A DNA stretch of 64,000 nt, from positions 12,338,001-12,402,000 of the forward strand of contig NC_081331.1 in NCBI RefSeq assembly GCF_022539665.2. Direction: 5' to 3'. Positions 37,601-48,514 of the stretch are shown here, one piece after another. Position numbers and translations under genes: made by a program. The stretch comes from Daphnia carinata. Lineage: Eukaryota. Below the pieces are notes generated by a model. That model was not told the DNA's origin and searched no databases. It was given only the letters and a program-made list of their open reading frames with translations. The number at the start of each line of letters is the position of its first letter. The first letter of the stretch is position 1.

Positions 37601-40600
37601 AAAGCCAAAGAAAGGTTAATAAAGCAAAAACATTTTGAAACAAACAACAGACGAGCCTTGAGATTGCGCGCATAATTGTAATAACAGATTGCAACTCCTT
37701 ATTTTCCCGAGGCACATTGACGATCAACCTACCCCGCCCCGTTTTATTTTCCAGTAGTTGAGACGTTTGTATTCCGCTTACAAAGTTCAACTTTCACAAG
37801 GTTGTTTGGTTTATACCTGTCCTTGTCCTGTCTTCTCAGTATGTCGCTGGAAGGAACAAAGTTGCTTGTCTACAGCTAGCACCCTTTGTGCGTTACCTTT
37901 ATATTATATAAAGCCAGCCCTGCCCGTCCGGTCTTCCCATATCATACGTTATCTACCATGTTTGTGAAATTAAAGATCTCAATCGTCGTTTGCTTTCCCG
38001 ATGTGTTGAACCACGTTGTTCACTTTCAGTTGACATTTAAGTTTGGTCTAATTTTGCAATACGATCTCGTCTCCGTAGTGCCGCTGAGAATTTTGGGACA
38101 TGTCGAACTGGATAGACCGTCTTCATTCAATGACACCCGCTTGGTAGATTCTGTTACATCCGCGGTGAGTCCCATGCAGCTTTGAAAATTTCACGCTGCG
38201 TTAATTAATTCAATGCGGCGTTGGTTTCTAGTTAAGGAAAATGGCCGAAGAATTCACTGCATTTCTCTTGGTGGTCGGTTCCGTAAATCTCGCTGAGTAA
38301 GTTAATCGTTCACACTTGCAAGGAACTTGAACATCGAAAGCTTAATTTTGATTTTATTGTCCACCATTTGTATTGCAGACCCAATTCCAACCGGCTGCAG
38401 TTCATTCTTTGGAATTCTGAAAAATACAATATGAGCTGGTCAAATGTAGCCCAACAGCACGGACCGATGACGGCGGCTGTTAGAAGCGGAGCCGTCGCTT
38501 CGATTCCAAACCGATCGGCTACCGGATTTGGATTTCCTTGGATTGGCGGCAGGAAAAGGTTGCCACGCAGTGTAGCACCGTTCACTTATATCCCACAACA
38601 GTGGAATAACTCCTACACGTCCTTCGTCCATCAAATCAACTCCCGGATATGGAAGGTGCAGGGTGAATCAATCGTCATTCGAAACATCAGTATCGTCCAA
38701 GTTCCGGCTTTAATTATCGAGGTTGTCTTTGTTTTATTCTTTTAAATTTAATTATTAACCGTATGATTAAAACGTTCTGTCTCATCCATGCATCTAGTGG
38801 GTTAAATTGGATGTTAAAGGCCAGGTGCGTGAAGGCTATCCCTTCACGGTGGCGTGCAACGCTAACGGTTCGGGCAAGAAAGATTTGAAGATGGGCTGGT
38901 ATAAGGATGGCCACCGGATAGATGATTCGTTTGCACTCCTACGCAACGTGTCCATTTTTGTTCACCAACAACAGGACTTGCGTGGATTTTTCACGCTCTA
39001 CTTGGAAGTGAAACAAGCATCGTTATTCGACCGTGGTGAATTTGAATGTCGGGCCAAGGATTGGGGACAGACTGCCCGCAAGAGTGTCTTTCTCGACGTC
39101 ATTACGCCACCGATTCTCGATCTGATGCCCATCAATCCGGTTGTTCTTCCGGTAAATAATACTAATGACTTTTCCGCTTTCAAAGAAGATCCCCTTAGTA
39201 AGTCGTTAAATTACCATTGTCACGCCTTGCAGGGTACGGCAGTGAATTTGACGTGCCGGGACGAAAACCATCTGGCGCGACGTACAACCACCAAGTATGT
39301 CTGGTTGAAAAATGGCCAGCCCATTGAATCGTCGTGCGAAGAAATCATCGAAGACTTGACACCAGTCGGCAGTTTGTTGAAAATCACCTCGATCCAGGTA
39401 AAATGAGTTCCAAAACTTGTTGCTTTTTTTTTTTTTTTGTTCGTTTGGTTATCTTTCATTGACTATCAATGTCCTTGTTTCATGGATCGCTAGCTTAGCA
39501 CCAATTACACATGCCGAGGGGAAAATGGAACGAAGGTTGTCAACAAGACGACGCAAATTTTTGTCGCTAGTCAAGAAAGATCCTGTCCCCAACAGAAAAG
39601 CCGTGGTGTTGAATGGCTTAGGACGGCTGTTGACATCACCAATTACCAGTTCTGCCCTGCTGGATATGTCGGTGTGGCTAAAAGACATTGCTTTGCTGTA
39701 AAAGAGTTGCCGGGCGACGATGGAGAGGCGCTTCCAGCAATGCGGCTTTTCTGGAGTTGGGGAGAACCAGATTTCTCCAATTGCAGCGATCGTAATCTTA
39801 CCGAAATATACCGACAGCTGAAGTTGATCACTTTGGGCTATATCGTCACTGACGTCCCATCCATCATTAATAAGTTCGCCGATTTCATCGAATCGAAATT
39901 GAAAAGTATTGCAAAATCCAATCGAAACGCCAACGCGAAAAAGTCACAAAACGAAGATACCGCCCCATCTTATCTACCTGGCGAAGGGAACGCGTTACTG
40001 GAAATAGCCATGAGTCTCGAGGCTTTTCTTTGGAGAAGGACGGCAGTCTTACCTCAGGCTTTCTGGAATTCGACTGCTGTTCGTTATTTATACGCGCTCG
40101 ACGCTCTATTGTCCATGCCGCAAGACATTTTCGGTTTGGATGTGAGTAAATCGTTTTCCGGAAGAAGAAAAAGATAGTGTGTGCGGAAGCAGCTTGACGG
40201 TCTAATTTATTTCTTGTTTGTCAGAGTTCATTGCCGATCCTGCGTTTCATTCAGAATCACCTAGATCTTCTGAGCATCAGTCCTAAAGGCGGAGATCTTC
40301 TTGGCAGTATTCAATCGCATTTACTGGAGAACAGCGATTTTGACGTTGATTGTGATAGGTAAATTGCGTTCGCTGTCGGCTGGGTTTTATTTGGCTGATT
40401 AATCGTACACTGCATTTTTATGTTCTATGTCCAGGAAACAGTTCAAGTACAAACGACTTTTGCCAGTATCGCCAAGGTATTTTTACAACGTAGGAAGTTA
40501 TAGAGTGCAATTTCGTATTGATACATTTTTACTTCTTTTTACGTGACCATTTAGCCAAACAGAATTCAAAAATCTCAGACAACTGGCACCAGCCCAGTTC

Positions 40601-43600
40601 TTTCTCAATAAATCAAACGGGCACAACATTTCGATTGATTTCCATTCGATAGAACAACTGCAAATCAAAGGAGGTGAATATCTTTGTGCCCTGTTGCAAC
40701 TCCAACCAACAAACCATTCCCAAGGATGGGACATGCATTCTTGTTCCATCGAACGGTTGTCCGATCCGGCTGCCTTCCGTTGCCATTGCCGCCATCAGGG
40801 TACTGTCGTGCTACTCTACGCCGTAAGGAACAATGAGGTATGTTATGAACTGTTGATGCGTATTACAACTTGATCATTTCTCTCAATATGATTTCCTCTA
40901 TCGTGCTGTTTAGCAGAGAGAAAATTCAGCATTCGGCTTGTGGAAAGTCGTTTACTTTGCAGATTCAGTTAGCATTTTAGTCGTCGTTTTTGGTCTCGTG
41001 ACTTTATGTGCAATGTGGTACCAACGGCGTTGCGTGTGGTTATGGTTTCAAATCCAAGTGGGAGTCTCACTTTTGCCGCCATCGTCCATTTATGTCCTGC
41101 AAACTAATGTTACCGTAAGTAACGCAATATAATTTGCTGTAAAGCGATGAAGTAATCTGGAATTTGTTGTTATTTTCAGGTTGCCAATCCGTTCTGGACT
41201 ATCCTACTAACTGCAGCGACGTATCAATATGCAGCCACCGTTTGGGCCATGATTATGTACTTGAAGATGAGTGTTAATAAGGGTCCCTTAGAACAGGCGA
41301 TGGCGGGTAAACTGAGCCAGAGTAATCTCAGACTGGTTGGTTTATCGTTAGGTAATTCCATAATGTTATTAACTGAAAAAGCGTGACAATTGGTGCGATT
41401 CAATTTCTCGGATCGTGCAGGCGTTCCGTTGACGTTATCAGGGGTCCAGACTCTCATAGAGGAATTCTCAGTTGGCCCACCGTTCACCAGCTGGATTTCC
41501 CAGCTCACCTCTTTCTCTGGGATCTTTTTCTCGTTGGTTTATTGTACTTTGTTTGTCACCATCCTATCGCTTTACGTCACGCTAACAAGGGAAACGGATA
41601 ATTCGGCTGAAAAGTCCAACACTTTCACAAAGGACGGCCATAACGTGATGGGCAATAAGTAAGCATTATCCTGAGCAGCATTTGGTTTAACCACTGACTT
41701 AACAGTTTTCATTCTAGTATTCGATACAGCCATTGTTGTCCGATGCTTGCTCTGCTGGGTGTAATGGTCACTGGATCCATGTTATGTCGCTTCCACTGGT
41801 TGTCACTTGGCATCCACTGTGTCGCCGCGTTTTTTCATCTGGTAGCTGTACGTATGAACTGACTTGCAATTTTTATTTGCCATATCATTTATCAGTTACA
41901 TTGATGTTTGTTTTCCTCAGGTCTTTTTGGCGATCGCTGTGATATTTACTTTTAGCGGTGCAAACGATGTCCGCGTTTATTGGTGTTTTTGGCGTCGGAG
42001 TAAATTGCCCGAAGGTGATACAGTAAGCGAGTTGTTAAACGCAACAACGATGGTCGAGAGCCCACAACGGAAAAGCTTGTTGTCGACAGAGCAACATCCA
42101 TCAGAAGGTAACTTTCCGTTAAACGGATTTCGAATGAAATGGGCTTGAAGTTTGCTCCGTTTCTGCTGGGGCTGGCAGGACTAGAGGTTCCCAACCGGAC
42201 AAGGCGGACAAGTCGGCCTAGCTTGGATGGTACACCTTTTCCCGTTCCTAATGGAACAAGAAGATTTTACCGTTCCGGTCCAGCTTCGTCGCCATTGCTT
42301 CAGAGAGCTGGTCTAGGTCCCGACGTGATGCGAGCGTTTAGCCAGGAACAAGAAGCTGCCCAACAATTGCTTGGCAATGCTTCAACAGGCCGTCAATCTG
42401 ACATTTCACCCTCAGAGGCAATCACAGGACATGGAGATCTGACAAAATCCAATAGGGATCGAATAAACTCCACTACAATTTCGGAGGGAATGCAGCCAGA
42501 CGACCTGGATTCAGGATTCGGACCCAGTGGCGGAGGAGGAAGTCAGAAATTTTATGGATTAGATAAATTCTCCGACGCTTGGAAGGTACGTCAAACATAA
42601 TTAATATTTAATTTCAATATCAAGAGGGCCATGATTTTCAGAACAAGATGATGCAGCAGCACACATTGCTAATCCAAGCTATTTTTTTTTTTTCAGTTCC
42701 TTGGCAGGATTCGATGGAGGCTACCGCAATTCGGATTCAGTTCAAACGGCAGCATTAGCGGTGGAGGCTCATTCCGCTCGCGACAAAGCACGATGAGTAG
42801 CGCAACAACGGCCGATTTTGGTGGTGAACGAGGTGGTAGCGTGACAACAGAAGAGACGGAAATTCCAATTCGGGAAGCTGAAGACCTCGAATCCCTGATG
42901 GCTCCCTACAGACTGCGACGGTCAAGAACGCGCTGGTCTGAAGACTATGGCCGAGAAAATGAGCTTGATTCCAGCGAAGTCAGTAATCTTACTTTAAAAG
43001 CCAAGCCCTTTAGGGGCCGCTGCTTCATTCGTTGTTCGCCGGAAAAGAACGGTTCCAATGTCCTCTGGAGCCATCGCTGTCAGGAAGCTGACGCGACCAA
43101 CAGACCAACAAGGTGGATGCCTTTACAACACACATGTTGCGAACGTTGCTGGCACAATCCGGAAACTCCAATTTGCGAACTCTGTCTTGCCGATAGTACT
43201 CCGACCCAGCTTCGATCGGGAACTTTACTCGTCCGAGCCGTTGTCGAGAATCCTCCCAAACTGCCTGTAAGGTTACTGTTTTTAATGGGTTAATATAAAG
43301 AACTCAGTTATCATTTTCTCGTAGAATAAAGATGTATGCGAGTACTTGGAAATGGACCCCGCTGGAAGCCTGGCAATTGATCAGCAACGCGCTAAACGGA
43401 TACAAGTCTACTACAATACGACTATCGAACCAGTGCCCCGAACTAAAAACAGTGATGAATCAAACAGTACCAATAAAGATAAGATGATTGGCTCGACTTC
43501 TTTCATCAAATCTGCTTGCGCCTCGCCTTGTTTGTCGCGCCAAAAGAAAATCATCAGCGGGCGAATCATGAAGAAATATCGACTCTCGTTGCGCAACGTT

Positions 43601-43732
43601 GTGCATTCCACCCAGCAGCAACTACAGCAACGGAAAGTGAATGAATCGGGATCGACCGATTTTCCAGCAGAACGTCTCACACTAAGGGACCAAATAGTTA
43701 GCGATGCCCACGCCCCGCCTACTGAAAACTGA
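31698..43732 (+). CDS. Adhesion GPCR-like receptor: signal peptide, CUB, 3 EGF, SEA-like linker, 2 Ig, hormone-binding (HormR), GAIN/GPS, 7TM, ~500-aa cytoplasmic tail (~1867 aa; translation may start at Met 31794)
   Basis: 21 exons joined in frame with GT-AG: 31698-32542, 32736-32846, 32932-33026, 33590-33715, 38079-38164, 38232-38296, 38379-38721, 38798-39151, 39233-39397, 39494-40141, 40225-40358, 40435-40476, 40555-40837, 40914-41114, 41180-41351, 41421-41658, 41718-41841, 41921-42107, 42179-42585, 42697-43266, 43325-43732 (5604 nt). Motifs: CUB (FGTLTTPGFP..CSWII..YGFNITY), EGF (CSCLPDFSGKYC, CSCPPNYNGSLC, CRCPQHQALRSDNLTC), Ig (WYKDG..DRGEFEC; WLKNG..TNYTC), HormR (W.RT..CPAGYVGVAKRHC..WGEPDFSNC), GPS (C..W..SC..CHCRH), then multiple hydrophobic helices. 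Confidence 0.85.
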
Positions 43733-45597
43733 GTCCAAGTCGTACTGCGTTAACGAAGTGAATTCATAAACTATGCTACCTGATTCTCCCTCTTGAGGAC
43801 CATTTAAAAACATCGAATAGTAGTGATGTGTTACAAGACGTTCGTCTGCATACAACGTGCCCTAACATTGCGGCGGAAAGAGTGACACAAAAATGTGGAT
43901 TGATCAAATGCAGCAGTATGGACGACGATTATTCAAAGCTTCTAGTCAACGCTTTCAGAAAACCAGTAATTGCCTCGTAAACTAACATGTACTTCAATCC
44001 AAATGAAAAATCGACCAAGTACCAAAGACTCACCCCATCCCACCTGTTCGCTTAAAGTTAGTGGTATTCATTTAAACAACTCCGTTATTACTGGTGTCTC
44101 TCATTTTTTCATTTATCTACGACCTTTCTGTCATTCTACCTCCGGATACATCCGCAATCGTTGAGTACCAGTGCTTTGTATGTTTCATTTGAATCTTTTT
44201 GGATGTCGATGTTTTCGATGAGCTCTTTTGATCGTTCAAAAGTCTGGGTCACACATTCCGTCGTGCCGCTTTTCAGTCCACATGACCAGATCGGCTTTTA
44301 CTTGCATATCAACGTACTTATTAGTTTTTGTGACGGCAGCTCAAATTAGTTCGCACCTCTGTTTTGTTTTTGGCTTTGACGGCTATTATATTCCTCAATA
44401 GCGTGATCCTCAATGGCTTTGCTGCAAATATTGTCATGGGGTTGTTGGCTTTACCCAGTGGGTGCACAAAAAGAGCGAAGCGATATGAACGAAGTAAATG
44501 AAGGGACGATTGAAGAAAAGGTAGAAGTAGTCCTGTTGCGGTAAGCGCTTTTGTGTTGAGCTGTTTGGGTTTTTTTGTTTTTGTTATTTGCGTTTCGCAT
44601 TGTACATAATTGAAACCGTCGATATTTATTTATTCGAAGAAGGGCTAGTAGTTTTAGCTTCTTGCGCTGAAGCTAATGCTCTTCCTTTCCATGTAGCAGT
44701 GGCTGAAGAGGTATGGAGCCCCACCTTCCTCTTAATTAAGACGCTCAATTCGTTTGGGTACCTTGACAACGTTTGTTTTTAAAAACAAGCAGCCGTTCAT
44801 AATTGGAAGTTTAAATGCAAGATTCAACTCAATATGCAGTATAAATAATATACATGGAGCTTAGCTTATGTTTTGTGGCGAGTATTCCGCGCTCTTGATT
44901 GTCAATGTAATTGTCAAAATGAAATGCTTGTGTGGCGACTCGCAAGAAATAGACTTGTGTATTTTTCTTGCAATTCACGCTCATTTGTACCAGAAATTCA
45001 TCGAGATCCTCGACTGCTAATTTTCATCTTCAGTTTCTTTTTTTAGCTTTCGACACACGTATCTGTTCGAGTGAAAGAAAATCGATTCATCGTCACCGGT
45101 AATCTGAAGATTCGGCTAATTGGGTGGACAGTTAAGACATTGAATGTGTTTTTGTTGTAGCATCGAATCCTAAGGAGGGGATCCTTCATCATTCAAGAAT
45201 AATTTTTAAAAAATCGAGATTTCAATTTGTTAAAACTTTTATCTTTACCAGAGCTGTTGCAATGTGGTGGTTAAGATTTCCCCGCATTAGATTTTAATAA
45301 TCACATTTTCTCTTTTTAAAAATAGGTTGGCATGACGTAACGCAGTACAGATAGCTTAGTTCAGAACCCACTTCCCATTTCCGGATGTCGATTTTTGTAA
45401 AACTAAGCAAGTGTGTGTTATGGTTGAAAAACACTAATATTCTACTACGGTATACGGGTAAGTGTACATGTTAATCAGTCATCATTTTTGTCATTTGTTC
45501 TAGTGCCGAACAGCAGAAAATTAAAGGAAACATCTTTCTACAGTTAAATTTCTGCGTTGGCGACAGCTGTGTGATTGGCCGCAACCAGTTTCGCAGC

Positions 45598-45630
45598 ACC
45601 TACCTACACCTACCTACACCTACCTACACC
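45598..45630 (+). repeat. Short tandem repeat (TACCTACACC)x3 upstream of the Di-Ras-like ATG
   Basis: acc tacctacacc tacctacacc tacctacacc. Confidence 0.8.
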
Positions 45631-45736
45631 GCTGATCTTTCTTGAATGCAAATTCAAAATCGTAAACCCAGTAGTTATCAGCTACAATAGGCAATCCAAC
45701 GAAGCTATCTGCAACAGGATTACCATCGTTAATGGC

Positions 45737-47050
45737 ATGGCGAACCAAGACAACCAATATCGAGTGGTAGTGTTTGGCGCTGGGAGAGTTGGCAAATCAT
45801 CGCTTGTCCTCCGCTTCCTGAAGAACACCTTTCCCCAATCTTACGTACCCACCGTCGAAGATTTTTATAGTCAAGTAAGTCATTACATCCAGTTCATTTT
45901 GAAAATCTAGAAAAATGGAACGATAGTTACCTATCTAAATGCGAGAGGTTTGAGTAAATTTTGTAGATGGGCAACTTATTATTAAGCTTTGCTTGCTTGG
46001 GGCAGTCTGGCAGCTAAAGTCGCTGCTGCACATAAGTCCTCTGGATATACAACCATGATTTGTAATGTCTGTTATTAAAAGCTTATTTTGTCTTACATTT
46101 TTTTACGGGGTATTTGTTAGAACGTGGAGTTCCTATCCTATACCCTCAATGGCCAGTGGATACCATGCAAAGAGAATTCGGTGTGCAATCTTGAGATCGT
46201 TGACACGGCGGGTAGTTATTCTTTCCCAGCCATGCAACGACTCAATATTTCCAAAGGACATGCCTTCATTATGGTTTATTCCGTAACATCAAGACAAACT
46301 CTAGAGCAACTCGAGTCCATCTGGGAAACCATCCTCGAAATTAAAGTAATTATTTTTTTTTCCTAGTTTACTACTTGGTTTGTACGTTCTTGTATGGCTT
46401 TTCTTGGAAAGTGGCGTACGTATCTTTCTAGTTATTTTATGTGATATACGAGTTTTCGTTTCTCTCTTTTTTGTCTGTACAAATGAGTTGAACTCTAGTC
46501 AATGTCTTCCGCACAACTTCCAAAATTAATTATCACATTCCGTTGAAAAATTTGTTTCTCAATTATTTTGCTACTTCGCAAAATATAAGGGATCGTTAGA
46601 CAATGTACCTTTAATGCTGGTTGGCAACAAATGCGATGAAATAGAAGCGCGTGAACTCACAATCGAGGAGGGCCAAGAACAAGCACGTCAATGGTCGTCC
46701 TCCTTTATAGAAACTTCAGCCAAGGCCAGCTACAACGTCAAAAAACTCTTCCGGGTACGTTGATTTTCACGTGTGCCACCTATCACCCATCCAGTCTATG
46801 CAGAGAATGGCGTGTTCATCCGAATCTGTATTTCGTACAAAAGATTTTTTATTATGCGTTATTGGCATTGCGAGACAATATTTATAAATGTTTAGTGTAT
46901 CGTCCTGGTATGTTACAGTGCTATTAACTAACATGGCCTTTATTCTATTGCTTGCTAAAGGAGCTGCTGCTTTTGGAGAAGACGAGAAGCTTACGTATCC
47001 CGCAGGATTTCCAAGAATTAAGAATAGCGAACGCGAAAAGTTGGCCTTAA
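45737..47050 (+). CDS. DIRAS-like: Di-Ras-like small GTPase, divergent (exons 45737-45874, 46157-46345, 46590-46754, 46961-47050; 193 aa)
   Basis: [71 protein letters not shown] closely follow the Di-Ras family pattern (FPAMQRLSISKGHAF is characteristic); all three introns phase 0 GT-AG. Confidence 0.88.
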
Positions 47051-47862
47051 CACACGACACATTGTATTGGATTTAACGCCGAGAAAAAAAATTCTTAATT
47101 CTTATCCCTTTACAAAACTGAGGAAACTGTGGATGGTTTTTTTATTTGTTTTTTAGTTTTCTTAAATTTTTTATTTACCATTGCCCGTACAGCTTGATTT
47201 GAGTCTTACTTGCCTGTGCGGAAAAAAATGGCTGATTGTTCGTCACATTAGCTGTATTTCTAAAATTGATGGTGTACACTTTACGCAGACGCCGTCTCTG
47301 TCGGTGGGAGTTATACAGTTAACAGATAACCAGCACACGAATCGTCAAGAGCGATCTCTTCCGGCTGGTACAGCTTTCTGTGAAATCACAAATACGTTTA
47401 TGGTATAAGGAGTGTGAGCTGTCGTTAATCTATTCGTTAAATTTTTCTACACAAGACGATGTAAAATGGGTGCTCGATGCTGTTGTCCACATGGGAATGT
47501 GGTAAAGAATTTCCAAGGGAATCTCAATGTTTCAGCATGATTACGATCGAATGAGCATGGATGACCACGACATCATCCATGAAGGGCAAGTTTAACTAAT
47601 GGCGTTTAATGTGTGTTTTGCGGAATTAAAGACCACACAGATGCATACAGCAATATCTTGCTTTTGTTTGTCCCTCACCTCTTGTACGATGTATGCGCTA
47701 TTTCTTAAAACTATCCACCTTGTTCCCACCGTCGATATTTATTCTTGGGACAGTACACATCTAATGTTCTTGAAAATGGCCACAAACAGAATTTCAAGGT
47801 TAATCATGCGAGACGCATCGAAAGATTGCACAGTATCGTTAAGAGACGTTGCAAAGAGAAGG

Positions 47863-47901
47863 TATAAATAGTTCTTGGTAAGTGCTGGACGAACATCAGT
47901 T
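47863..47901 (+). promoter_or_regulatory. Core promoter of peptide-precursor gene 3
   Basis: TATAAATA at 47863, TCAGTT at 47896 (CATCAGTTCCTCA). Confidence 0.8.
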
Positions 47902-47947
47902 CCTCACCCGACAGCCTTCGTTGCTTATCTATTTTTCCTGTTCGGAA

Positions 47948-48514
47948 ATGAATTTCCTCGTAAGATTTGATTACACGTTATCATTTTTTAAAATTTAACC
48001 TAGAATCATAAGGTGCTGAGCTACATAACTTCTTATTTTGTGCGCACAGATATTATTGGCTTGCCTTCTTGCGATGGTCATCGCCATCCAAGGAACACCA
48101 GCAATGGAACCCAGCACTAACATTGAAGTTCCCCCCGACCAAAACGTGGAAGACTGGTATTATCGCACCTACTACGGTCACTATTACAATCCATACGGCT
48201 ACTACGGTCATGGATATTGGCGTGGACGCCGCTCTGTTGAGGAAAAGCAGCCGGAAGCCTCGATCAACATGAAATTTGGTATTACTGACCAAGATGTCAA
48301 CCAATACTTTAATCGTGGGTATTATGGCCACCATAGTCCCTATGGTGGACACGGACGTCGGCGGGGTCGTTACGCTACCAAAGATCAGAGTAGTGAGGCA
48401 TCTTACTACCCCGGCTGGGGATACAAACGCAGGAACTCCGGCAGCTATCCTTACCGCCATTCTTATTATTATGGTCACTATCCAGCATCTTTTTCTTATG
48501 CCTATAGCCATTAA
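47948..48514 (+). CDS. Secreted Gly/Tyr-rich polyprotein precursor, paralog 3 (exons 47948-47959, 48050-48514; ~158 aa)
   Basis: ATG AAT TTC CTC|gtaaga...cacag|ATA TTA TTG gives signal MNFLILLACLLAMVIAIQG; TNIEVPPDQNVEDWYY...YWRGRRS homologous to paralogs 1/2. Confidence 0.88.

Noticed and set aside
37556..38030. Alternative receptor exons at acceptors 37555, 37839 and 38029
   Set aside because: Acceptor at 38078 gives the correct phase directly; the others hit stops or give no recognisable sequence (alternative use not excluded)
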